DNA from: Catajapyx aquilonaris
Taxonomy: Eukaryota
Assembly: GCA_000934665.2 (NCBI GenBank)
Contig: KZ538860.1
Span: 1-64,000 of the forward strand
Length of the DNA stretch: 64,000 nucleotides
Direction: 5' to 3'
Shown here piece by piece: positions 35,497-47,473 of this stretch. The translations under genes were made by a program, and so were the position numbers. Below the pieces are notes generated by a model. It was given only the letters and a program-made list of their open reading frames with translations, made no database searches and was not told the origin of the DNA. Positions within the stretch are counted from its first letter, which is position 1. Every line of letters begins with the position of its first letter.

Positions 35497-38451
35497 ATGA
35501 TGTCTAGCTGGATGCTGCCCGTCAAGGAGGAGGAGGAGGAGGACATCACAACGGAGGAGACGTGGAGGCTGCAGCTGGAGGAGGAGGAGGAGGAGGAGGA
35601 GAAAAGCTTCCATGACGACTCGACACTTGCGGAGGACGTGCTTCGTGGGATCAAAGAGGAGGAGCCAGAGGAGGAGGAGGAGATGGTGGCCACTGTGTCG
35701 AGGGCAGATCAAGATGCGTGTCAAGGTGGGATCGCAAAGGAGGAGACATGGAGGTTGAAGGAGGAGGAGGAGGCCACTTCTTCCCTTGACCATGACCCGA
35801 CACTTGTGGAGGACACGGTTCGTCAGGTCAAAGAGGAGCCAGAGGAGGTGGAGGAGGAGATGGTGGCCACTGTGTCAAGCGGACGAGATGAAGATGCGGA
35901 TGATCCACTGGCAGTTGGAGGAGGAGGAGGAGGCGAGATAGGCCAGGTAGGTCAGCTGCTATACTGAAATGGGGGAATGCGTTTACTGTTGTATACCACA
36001 ATTTACTCCCACATTTTGACTCATAAAATGCACCACAGACAAGGGAGGTTTACAAGTGACATGATGGCTGTGATTCCACGAATTCAACTCATCATGGGTA
36101 GCGATGTAGCTCTCTCATGCATCTGCTTCAAGCCAAAAATATCCCACCTCTTAAAATCACAAGTGGATTTGCCCCGTCACATTTGTCTGAGGCACACCCA
36201 GTCTTTCGAAATGTCATTTACGTGCATTGTTAAAAATAAGCCACGTGTGCACACTTCCTGTCGCTCTTGCCTCCTCCCCCAGCAGGCAGTTGCATGCCAT
36301 GCCACTCTTATTCCTCTGCCCACACACACCCAGTGATCTTGGATGCCAAGAGCACCAGCACTCACTTTTAACTAATGAAAAAAGGAGATATTTTCTTCCT
36401 CGTGGTTCACCCCCTTGAGCCCCAGCTATACCTGCCATGCGCCATCGCCTAGTGTTCCACTTACGGGTACTCTGAAGATACGGGCAAGATATTTTACACA
36501 AAATAACAGCCATACTTATCCGATCAGGGAAAACACTAAGAATGTGTCTGGAACAATAATTTTCCTCGTCTAGAAGTCCCTAAATTAATTTCCAAAAATA
36601 TCGCTGTGAAACTCGCAAGTACTTCCGGCCAACTACTTGGCTGATTTAATTATGAAATACTGTATGTTAAAATACATGGAATAACAATGTATTGAGAATA
36701 GTGCCAGATGTGCAAGCCAAAAACTAGGCGCTCGCAGTATAGCTATACTCTGTGGCGATCCTTTTGGAAATTAATTTAGGGACTTCTAGACTGGTTCCAA
36801 ACACATACATGTATCATGTGGATAATTATTATAAAATTTATGCAAAATACTAGCATGTTTTAAAAAGTTACTATTGGAAAAAAAAAAAAAAATCAAACTG
36901 AAAAGGACATAGAGTCTTCTGATCATCATGCGAGGGTCCAATTATTAGAAAACAAGACTTTGGAAAAGGAGAACTGGAGGAGGGGTGACGGAAGGAGGGA
37001 GAGAGAGTTTTTGATTTGCGATGAGATGCAAACCTGCAGACATGTGATGAATGAGTGACCATTGGCCTCGCTTGTGGACATGCCATGGCAAACACCATTC
37101 ATCTGGACAGGAGGGGTTGCAATGATCTTGATTGTGCATGTGACTTGATAAAATATTAACTGTAATCCAGCAGTGATTCTCAGGCCATCACATTACATGA
37201 GGTGCAATATTCAGGCAAATTGGTGGGGACTGGCCGTTCCTTTTCAAGTTGATGGATAAAATTAATCTCTTTCAGGTGGAGGAAGGGGGTGCCAGGAAAG
37301 GGATGCAGGCAAGGGAGGGAGAGAAGAAACTCTCCCTCAAGGAAACATGTAGTGGCACGTCTCGTTTGAAGGAAGATGTGGGCATGCGCACAAGAAGGAA
37401 GAGGTTTGCTTGTGAAGTGTGCCAGAAAGAATTTTGTAGGGCATCTGATTTGAAAAGGCACACGCGGTATCACTCACTGTCAGAAGAGAAGCCGCTTCAT
37501 TGTGAAGTGTGCAAGATGAGGTTTTTATTTCCAGGTCGTTTGAAGCACCATATGCTCACTCACTCTGAGGAGAAGCCATTTGAATGTGAAGTGTGCAAGA
37601 AAAGGTTTTTACTCGAATGCGCTTTGAAAAGGCACATGAATGTCCACTCGGAAGAGAAGGCATTTGCCTGCAGTGTGTGCCAGAGAAGGTATGCATTGGC
37701 GTGCAGTTTGAAGCAGCACATGGTTATTCACTCTGAGGAGAAGCCATTTGATTGTGGAGTGTGCAAGAAGAGCTTCTCAAGTGCGTCTGGTTTGAAAACG
37801 CACATGGTTGTCCACACGGGGGAGAAACCCTTTCCTTGCAACTTGTGTCAGAAAAGGTTCGCGTTTATAGCTAATTTGAGGCTGCACATAGTTGCTCACG
37901 CGGGAGAGAAGCACGAATGTCAAGTGTGCAAGAAAATGTTTGCACACGCACACACTTTGAAGCTGCACATGGTTACCCACTCGGAAGAGAAGCCATTTGC
38001 TTGCACCTTGTGCCAGAAAAGGTTTCCCTTGGCATCTAAACTGAAGCGCCACATGGTTTCTCACTCCGAGGAGAAGCCGCACGACTGTCCAGTGTGCAAG
38101 AGAGGGTTTACATGTGCAGGTAATCTGAGGCAACACATGGTCACTCACACGGGTGAGAAGCAATTTGAATGTGAGGTGTGCCAGAAAAGGCTGGCATCGT
38201 CATCCACACTGAAGCTCCACATGATGGCTGTCCACACGGGAGAGCAGCCATTCGACTGCAAATTGTGCCAGAGAAGATTTTCACATCCAGCTACTTTGAG
38301 GAATCACATGACGACTCACACGGGAGCGAAGCCTTTTGCCTGTCCAGTGTGCGACAAAAGGTTTGGTCGGAATGCTGATTTGAAGAGACACGCGAGGAGG
38401 ACATCACATTACCCAGCAGCAGCGGAGAAGGTGGACCTTTCATTATTATAA
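35497..38451 (+). CDS. Cluster gene ZNF-B: acidic exon 35497-35946 (module internally duplicated) + C2H2 exon 37276-38451 (12 fingers)
   Basis: CAG|GTAGGT donor, TTTCAG|GTG acceptor, phase 0; H(T/S)(G/E)EKP linkers. Confidence 0.88.
36440..36800. mobile_element. Second, internally deleted copy of the foldback element, in the ZNF-B intron
   Basis: 29-bp inverted repeat TCTAGAAGTCCCTAAATTAATTTCCAAAA 36569-97 / 36762-90; CCGGCCAACT and TAATTATGAAAT blocks shared with 20335-21011. Confidence 0.7.
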
Positions 38452-39206
38452 TAAGTGGAGGTAGGTGGGGTACGTATAGGAGCAGGTGTTTGCGGTGTAG
38501 TCAGGCCTACTTGACCAAGAGGGAATGAAACATCTTTCTTGTCAGTCCAGTTGTTTTGTACAAGAACATTACAAGATTTTGTACATGTACAAATGTAGAA
38601 TTAGTACATGCAATAGGTGTCATTGAATTTGATGAACATGAGTTGGCTCATTGGCCTAATTATTGCATATTAATTTATTTAGCTTGTCCTCGGCAGTTAT
38701 TTTTAGTTGTTCAGGGTGTTGCTTCTAAAGCTAGATTAAATATAATGGGAAATAGACCAGGCAGTTTTTTTTTTTTTTTCTTCCTCCGCAGCTTCTCCGT
38801 TCTCCGAGTATGGAATAGCAGCGAGTGGTGGTAGCTGCGACTCCCTCCCAGCCGCGGAACCTATGTGCAGCGCAGGTCGGAATGCGCCCAACCTCATCCA
38901 TATGGTCCACCAAGATGGCCTCCTCCTCATTGGAAGAGGGTTGAAGAGGAGAGGAGACCTAGGTGGGTTGGTTGGGTGGGCACCCATCCATCAGGAGGAG
39001 GAGGACCTCCCTGTCACTTGGGAAGGGTTGGGCAGGCAGCAACTGGTGGGCCAGCCACACGCTTCAGGAGGAGGAGATAGGGGGGCACTAGAGGGGAAGG
39101 AAGGAAGGAAGGAAGGAAGGGAATCCACATGTAGTACTAACCCCACCAGACGACACTCGTGGGTGGAATTACCTGACCTCTACTTCCATCTATACAGCTG
39201 AGGACC

Positions 39207-40638
39207 ATGTCATTGATGCTGCCCGTCAAGAAGGAGGAAGAGGCGGACGTCAAGGAAGATGAGGCAGCAGAGGAGACGTGGAGGCTGCAGCTGAAGGAGG
39301 AGGAGGCCCCTTCCTGCTTCCATGATGAAGCAGCACTTGCGGAGGACGCAGCTGGTGAGATCAGCAGAGAGGAGCCAACCGAGGAGGAGGAGGAGATGGT
39401 GGCCACTGTGTCAAGCGGAGATGAAGATGCGGATGATCCACTGGCAGTTATTGGAGGAGGAGGGATTGCTGGTCAGGTAGGTCAGCACTACCCATATGGG
39501 GGACATATACCTTTACTGGACTGATAATTTATATCACATTTTGCATTTTGATCCCAAATTTTGACATTTTAAGTGGACCAGAGACAATGAGGCATGCTGG
39601 CTTTGCTTTCACATATGAAAATTGAAATCACAAAGTGTAGTGGCGGTGATACAGCTATAATCCATATCTCTCATTCAGGCCAAAAATGTGCCACCTCTTA
39701 AAATCCCCAACTGATGTACGTGCCCCATCGCATTTCTCTGAGGCACACTCAGCAGCTTTTATTTCAAAATGTAGCTTCGTGTGTTGACCGACACCAAGTT
39801 TAACATAATGTACGGGATCATCTGTTATTATTGTATGATGCGGGAACAACTTTTTTACACAGATGCCCACATGACATAAATGGGGTGCGTCGGCTCAGCA
39901 TCTTTAAACTAGTGAAATATTATAATAATAATATAATAATGTAATAATAATAATAATTCTCCGGTAGTGCCTGACCCTATATAGGGTATGCGGCACGGAC
40001 CTTTATTGTCACTTATGCATAGACCATATTTTTGAAACGCCCGGGCCCACGGGCAGGATGACAGGAGGGGATGTGCAAGGTGCAGTGGCCATTTTCAGTG
40101 AACTCCCCCGGGTGGTTTAGTCTGTTGGAGATACCACCCGAGACGAAGCCAGAGGTGACCCTGAACTCTGCACGAGATGAAGGGGGTGTCCCCGGGCTGG
40201 GATCGAACCCGGGACCTTAACATCCGTGGGCGCATACGTTACCGCAGCACCACTCCGCCTCCCATATTATTATTATCATCATCATATATTCACTGTCCAT
40301 CAGGAATCTGAATTATGCATAAACGTATATTCTCATAACCCTGTTCATGGATCGGGGACATCCTGTGTTGTAAGAAGATTCCTGCACTTGCTTACAACTG
40401 CGCGTATGCAATGATTTGCACAATTTCTACCCAAATATCTCATTTGGCTATTTTTAAAATGCAGCACTACAGTACAGGCATTATAAAGTTACAAAAAAAA
40501 TGCAGAAAAACCTCAAACTGAAAAATAAGTTGACGTTTTCTTCTGGTCATCATTAAAATGTGAATGCGAGAGTCCAATTATTAGACTCTGGCAAAGGAAA
40601 ACTTGAGGGGTGATGGAAGCGGAAGGGAATGAATAGGA

Positions 40639-40670
<32 letters not shown>

Positions 40671-42020
40671 GAAGAAGAAGAAGTTTTGATTTGCGATTAG
40701 GTGCAATATTCATGCGAATTGGTAGGGATGAGCACTGGGTGTTCTTCGGCTGTTGATGATAAAATGAATCTCTTTCAGGTGGAGGATGGGGATGGAGGAG
40801 CAAGGAAAGGGATACAGACAAGCCAAGGAGAAAAGAAACCCTGTCGCAAGAAAACACTTAGTGGGACGTCTCATTTGAAGGAAGATGTAGATGTACAGAC
40901 AAGGAGGGAGTGGTTTGCTTGCGAAGTGTGCCAGCAAAGGTTTGCCAGGGCAACTGGTCTGAAGAAGCACATGAGGACTCACTCGGAAGAGAAGCAACTT
41001 CACTGTGAGGTGTGCAAGAAAAGATTTTCATTTCCATCTTATTTGAAGCAACATATGGTTTCTCACTCGGAAGAAAAGCCATTCGATTGTAAAGTGTGCG
41101 GGAAAGGGTTTTCTAGATCAACTGGTCTGAAGAAGCACATGCTCACTCACTTGGAAAAGAAGGACTTTGCATGCAGTGTGTGCCAGAGAAGGTTTGCAGA
41201 TTTGCATTATTTGAAGCGCCATATGGTTAATCACACAGGAGAGAAGCCATTTGAGTGTGAACTGTGCAAGAAAAACTTTGCCTTTGCTGATTCTTTGAAA
41301 AAACACGTGGTGTCTCACACAGGGAAGAAGGCGTTTGCTTGTCATGTGTGTCAGAAAAAGTTTGCATTTGCAACTACATTGAAGACGCACATGCTTTGTC
41401 ACACAGCCGCAAAGGAATTTGCTTGCAACTTGTGCCAGAAAAGGTTTTTATTTGCAGGTAATTTGAAGCAACATATGCTTACTCACTCAGACGACAAGCC
41501 ATTTGATTGTGAAGTGTGCAAGAAAGGGTTTGCATGTCCGTATGCTTTGAAAAAGCACATGGACGTTCACCTAAAAGAGAAGCCATTTTCCTGCAATTTG
41601 TGTCACAGGAAGTATACAGTTGCGTCTAAATTGAAGCGCCACATGGTCACTCACTCCGAGGAGAAGCCATTTCATTGTGAGCTGTGCAAGGAAAGGTTTC
41701 CACGTGCATATGATTTGAAAAGGCACATGAATGTCCACTCGGAAGAGAAGGCATTTGCCTGCAGTGTGTGCCAGAGGAGGTTTGCATTGGCGTATAAATT
41801 GAAGCAGCACATGGCTGCTCACACTACAGGAGGTGTAGTAGAGCAGAAGCCACATGGTTGCGAAGTGTGCAAGAAAGGGTTTGCCCGGAAGCTTGATTTG
41901 CAGAAACACTTGAGAACTCACGCAGGGGAGAAGAAATATGTGTGCAACTTGTGTCAGAAGAGGTACACGGTGCTGTCTTCTTTGAGGAGGCACATTTTGA
42001 CCCACACGGGCGGGCCGTAA
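39207..42020 (+). CDS. Cluster gene ZNF-C: acidic exon 39207-39476 + C2H2 exon 40779-42020 (13 fingers)
   Basis: MSLMLPVKKEE..EETWRLQLKEEE..EMVAT..DADDPLAV; phase-0 intron. Confidence 0.9.
39920..40263 (-). mobile_element. tRNA-derived SINE in the ZNF-C intron, with a (TTA)n tail
   Basis: Minus-strand head GGGAGGCGGAGTGGTGCTGCGGTAAC (A box) ... GGTTCGATCCC (B box, 40209-40199); ~230-bp body; TTA-repeat tail; ATATTAT at both flanks. Confidence 0.8.
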
Positions 42021-43728
42021 GAGATAAATTTGCTAATCTTGATAAGATGAACCTCCCATACTTGCTCCAATCTGAAACCCAACAATTATTATTACCAAAC
42101 AAGTGGGAAGTGATTTCAGTTCAAGGTATGTTAAAAAGGACCGTCATGTGTTTGTGGATGCCTGTGGAAGTGTATCTGGATGAGGAGGGAATAAACCAGA
42201 GGAATAAGAGGTTCTGTGAGTTAATAAAGAGTTTTAATGCATTGGGGATATACTGCGGGGAGCAACCAGGAAGATGAGTGATTCCTGCAGTCCGCTCACT
42301 CAAGAGAGTCATCCGGACCGAACCAACACAACAGATGGTCCCGAAAATCAGTTTCTTTCGAAATGCAATGCGTTTTGTGCCGCAATAATAAGGCCAAAGA
42401 ACGTACGTTATAATAATAATTATTATTATTGTTGTTGTGGCTTATTCCACTTGGGCGTCACGCATGCGCGGCCCTCGTCTCAATAAGCGGGAGAAGGATC
42501 CGCCGCGTGCGTCTGCAGGCGCACTCACTCGTCATTTGGCATTTTACTATAATAATAATAATAATAAGCCAGCAGCAGGCTATACAACTTCCTGCGCAGC
42601 TCAAGAAGAAAATGGGTCTCGTGGCTTATTGGGATGAGCGCCTTCCAGGGAGTAGCAGCGACATGTGGGTAGCCGCTACCACCTCCTGCTGCTACTCCTG
42701 CCTACTAGGAAAGCTGTGAACAGATCGGGAAGTGGAGTGGTGGTCGGAATGCACCCCGCCCGCTTCTCCAAGATGGCGGACGTCTTTTTGTCGGGCCGGC
42801 TTGTTCCGTACCCCTTTGGCTGCTGTTATAATAGAGTGAGGAGGAGGACCAGCCAGCAGCCTCACCATCGTTGTTAATTGGGGCACAACGAACCCCACCC
42901 CAGGTGTGTTCAGTTAATCGATTGCTGCAGATGTTCTGAAGGAGGAGGAGGAGGAGGAGGAGGAAACGGGCATTGACAAATGACATGTTTTTATGTGGTG
43001 GGGGGCCATTAGAAAAAGTGGACGGTACTAGAACATACTGTTGACCACAACGAGGAGGAGGAGGGTCGTCGATCGCACGTTCGAGCCCTAGGAGGCAGAA
43101 GGAAGGAAGGAAGATATTGATCGATAAGGGTGCGCTGCATGCTGGTTCCTGCACATTTCCTGAATCCACTCGACCAGCTGCGTCGATGAGTGACACTCGT
43201 CTTCCTATAGGGTGGATGAGAAACGCTGCCTTCAAAAGTAATTTATAACTGAATTCATCGAAAGCGCACGTGATTACAGCTCGGCCATTGAATGGAAATG
43301 AACACCCAAGTGGTGTTCCTTTCCGGCTCCTTTGTTGAAACTGTCCGCTCCCTTTGTTGTCTGGTGGGGCAGTCTGCGTTGGGTGGAAGGAACACTCGCC
43401 TATTTTCAATAATTGATGGTTAATTACGTGCAATTTCAAAATTCAATTACTTTTGAACGAAACATTTCTCCACCCTGGGAATAGTGTCAATCGACTCAGC
43501 TCATCGAGGATATTCAGGAAATATGTATAGACCTGTAATATTTGGGGGTGGATTGGGGGGAGGGCTCGTCATGCAGTGCACCAAATAAGCATCTAGGGAG
43601 GAGGTCACATTCGCCTGTGACAGCATCGTTATAATTATTCCATTTACATGATAGAAATTCATCGTGTTTCAGGCTGGGAATCTCTCTTCATTCCTGCTAA
43701 TTGCACTTGAGACATTTGTGCGAGGGAA

Positions 43729-44862
43729 ATGGCGGAATCATTTGGGCCGGAGGACCACTTCAACAGGAAGCTCGTTCGTGACGTCAAGGTCAAGGTGTTT
43801 TCCTATCTGAGCACGAAGGAGAAGCTGATGGTGCTTCCCCAGGTCTGCAGGAATTGGGCAGACATAGCGCAGAACGACTCGAGGGTGTGGACCACCATGG
43901 AGGTGACCAATGATGTCCCCATAGACATGTACGTCGCTCAGCTGAACAAGTCCCCGTCATTGAGAAAACTGAAGGTGTCACAGATCCATGAACGCTGCGA
44001 TGACATTTTGGCAGCTGTGGCCAGTCACTGCCCGCATCTGGAGGAACTCATCGTGGATTATTGTTTCGCCGAACAAAAAAACCTCGAAGCCTTGGTAGTG
44101 TCCTGCACAAGTTTAACATCTTGTGAACTGCTCTCTCTCGACATTGATTCTGAAATGGAGCCATTGGACCTGATCACTGCTCTTTCCCACAGCCCTCACT
44201 TGAAGAATCTGACCTTAAAAGAGGTCTTCTCCGAGGATTCGTATGTTCCAGGCAACCCTGGGAATTTCCCTTCTCTGAAGGAGCTGACTATGGATTGCCT
44301 GATGGAAGAGTGGCAGATAGACTTACTCACCATAATTGGACCTCAGTTAGAGAAGCTGCAGGTGGACCAGATGGACGAAGAAGCTTGGCGACTGTTGGAC
44401 AAGCACCAACAACTGCAAGTGCTGCACGTTTATGACGCAATGCACATGACGGACAAAAACCTGCTGCATGGAGTTGGATCGTTGACCAACCTGCGTGACC
44501 TGACACTTCAAGGTGCGCCGCGCTTGACGCCTGAGGGAGTGTGCCGGTTCCTGGCCAGAAAGGAAGTCGTTGGTCGTCTGGAGAATCTGGACCTGCTTTA
44601 CTCCACCGCATCCGAAGAATGTCTGCAGGCCATCGCAGACAGCTGCCCTGCTCTTCGCACACTCCACATCACTTACGATCCTTGGTTCTGCGGGCATTTC
44701 TTCCGAGACTTCATATCGAAATGGGTGACACAAGTTCCTCTCCGATTGTTGCATGTCTGGCATGCTGACGACGATTTTCCTGAGGATTATATGAACATGT
44801 TCAAGCAGGTGGGTGGTCCTCAAGTAGTGTTCCATGATGTGAACGTGGAAGACATAGTGTGA
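43729..44862 (+). CDS. F-box / leucine-rich-repeat protein (FBXL-type), intronless CDS
   Basis: F-box LVRDVKVKVFSYLSTKEKLMVLPQVCRNWADIA..SRVW; cysteine-containing LRRs CPHLEELIV, LTNLRDLTL, CPALRTLHI. Confidence 0.88.
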   Translation: MAESFGPEDHFNRKLVRDVKVKVFSYLSTKEKLMVLPQVCRNWADIAQNDSRVWTTMEVTNDVPIDMYVAQLNKSPSLRKLKVSQIHERCDDILAAVASHCPHLEELIVDYCFAEQKNLEALVVSCTSLTSCELLSLDIDSEMEPLDLITALSHSPHLKNLTLKEVFSEDSYVPGNPGNFPSLKELTMDCLMEEWQIDLLTIIGPQLEKLQVDQMDEEAWRLLDKHQQLQVLHVYDAMHMTDKNLLHGVGSLTNLRDLTLQGAPRLTPEGVCRFLARKEVVGRLENLDLLYSTASEECLQAIADSCPALRTLHITYDPWFCGHFFRDFISKWVTQVPLRLLHVWHADDDFPEDYMNMFKQVGGPQVVFHDVNVEDIV

Positions 44863-45599
44863 TTTTGTGAATGACTGCTACACGTTGGATTGCCATGATG
44901 AAGCAATGACTACCTGTAAAAAGTGCATCATGAAGCTTCTGCATGGGGGTAGTGAGTTCGGCGTGCAAAGTTTTCAGTAGGCCGACATTGTTGTTGGAAT
45001 GCAGGTAATAGTTAATGTTCTGGACCATGGCACGTCAATCCTTGATGTGCTGTGAAGACATGAGATGCAAGACTGACATTCTTTGCTCCATAATGAATTC
45101 TGTAATGTGTATTATGCAATCCTTTGAAGTTGGAGCTCCCTGTGGCCCAGAAATTAATTTTATTTCTGGAGCACGCGTCATCCATTTTGGTTTTGGTTTT
45201 TCTTGCATTATTGCTGTTGTCACTGTAATTTAAGGTTTATGATTTTCTGTTCTATACTTTTCTTGAGCTCACTTATGTCACTGTTACATTATACAGATTG
45301 TACGGCAATTCCAACATCATCGTAGCATGAAACAGACTTGGTTGGTCATTATTAAATTTTTGTTATCCGAGATTGAAATGTGCCTTTCTATGCAGATATA
45401 TAGGCAAAATGATATTTTGCTGCAAAGTTTCTATTTCCTTTGAAATGTTATTCTATAAGTTTTGTGCCGTCGTAGGCCAATGATGATTATACAACTCATG
45501 CAATCATTTAAAAATATTAAATTAATCACTCGACGTGCTGAAACTCCCACGTCATGCAGAACACCAATGTGTACCATCACTACGTACAATACTTCCGCG

Positions 45600-46605
45600 C
45601 TAATTATATCTACTCAGCAAAGTCCTTCCGTGCTTCCTGGAAATGTGCCTCTTAAACGTTGAGGTGCATGAAAAATCCTCGTTGCATATTTCGCATATGT
45701 ATGGCCTCTCGCCAGTGTGGGTCCTGACGTGATCAGCCAGCTTGCTCTTCTGTATGAACGACTTGTCACACACTTGGCATTTGAATGGCCTCTCACCAGT
45801 GTGTGTCCTCGTGTGGACAACTAGCACATCCTTCCGTGTGAACCGCATGTCACACTCTCCACACTTGTATGGCCTCTCCCCCGTGTGGGTCCTCATATGA
45901 TCCACCAGCTTGTCCTTCCGCGTGAACCACTTATTGCCACACTCTTCGCATTTGTATGGCCTCTCGCCAGTGTGGGTCCTCGTGTGGTACACTAGCATGC
46001 CCTTCTGAGTGAATGACTTGCCGCACTCCTCACAATTGTGGGGCTTCTCACCAGTGTGAATTATACGGTGCCGGCTCAATGCTGAGTGGTAAGAGAAGGT
46101 TTTTCCACAATCCGGACAGTCCCAGCACTCATCCAATGGTTGAATTCCAATGTGAGTTTGTCTCTGTTTCGTACTCGCGTCACTGATGCTGCAAGCAGGG
46201 AATAATCTTCTGCAACAAATCATGCAACAAAATAATGGCCTAGACCCAGTAGTGCGTTCCAATCCAGGAAATTGCTTGTGGCAGTACATGCAAGTGAAAA
46301 GCTTGTGCGAAGGCGAACTCATCATTCCAGGCACCACTGCGCCAAGTGGATCTTCAACTCCTTCGGTGATGCTTGGCGCATCCACCAACATTTCTTCTTC
46401 GTCTTCAATCTTTATTGCCTCATCCACCTCTTCAGTCTTCACCTCCACTTGTCCAATGTTCAACTCATCTTCTTCTTCGTCACAATCTTGCTCTTCCACT
46501 GGTGCTGGTTCTTGCTTAATCATCGTAGTGATGGCCTCTTCTTCTACAATATCATCATCACGTTCCTCTTTCACCTCCTCCGTAGTGCTGGTATGAATTT
46601 GCCAC
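45600..46605 (-). CDS. Cluster-associated gene ZNF-D: acidic region and 6 canonical C2H2 fingers in a single exon; 5' exon uncertain (possibly 46917-46826)
   Basis: VKEE, IKQE, VKTE, IKIE, EDPL; HTGERPY linkers; CCCAG acceptor at 46606. Confidence 0.85.
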
Positions 46606-47473
46606 CTGGGAAATGCAAACAGACACATATCATACTAGAGCAGGGGCTTAATATAGAGCTTGTGCAACCTGCCATACCTGTTGTTGTTGTACTTATTAGC
46701 AGTAGTTGCAGTGTGGTCCCATCCACAATAATAAGCCGCCTCCATCACATTTGTACTCTATGTGGGAGTCAAACGCAGCAGCTCTCAAGCAGCACAATCA
46801 CTCGTCGTCTCTTTCTGCTGCTTACCACGCACGAATAACGAAAACCAACGAAAACATTCCAAACAACCCAAAATCTCCATACCAACCAGCAACGATGCTA
46901 ATACTACTGATGGACATGAACACAAGTATCCCGCCTGGTGACAATGTTGAAGGTGTATACATCAGGGAGAGAGGGCTTGATTAATCCCAACTGGTTTGAC
47001 CAGTCAGTCTATCGGCTGAGGAGGAATCTCTCTGGGACCCTCCTCGTCCCTTCTTCTTCTTCTTCTTCTTCTTCTTCTTCTTCTTCTTCTTCTGCCTCTA
47101 CAGCGCACTACAAACCCTACAGCTCGATCAGGTTCGATGGTGATAGCGATTAGCGTTCATCATCATCATCAGGGAGTAGTAGCAGCAGCAGCGAAGGACT
47201 GATCGCTGCTATTCCTCCCCTGACCACCAACGGATAGCGCTTAAGGCCTTGAAAGACACACTCGAAGGAGGTGTCGGTCGGAATGCGCCCTCCAATCGAT
47301 CCAAGATGGCGGACGTCTTGTTGTGGCCAAAAGAATAAAGAAGAAGAGTGTGGCCGCAAAGGAAGAAGAAGAAGAAGGGAGACTGGTGGTGGTGGTGGAT
47401 CCAACCATCCATCTCTCGGAGGAGGAGCCTGATCTCTTCTCCCTCTCCCTACCATTTTGTTCCCTCTTCTACC

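Noticed and set aside
40185..40263. tRNA gene on the minus strand
   Set aside because: A and B boxes are present, but there is no convincing cloverleaf or poly-T terminator; it continues into a body and TTA tail, so it is called a SINE head
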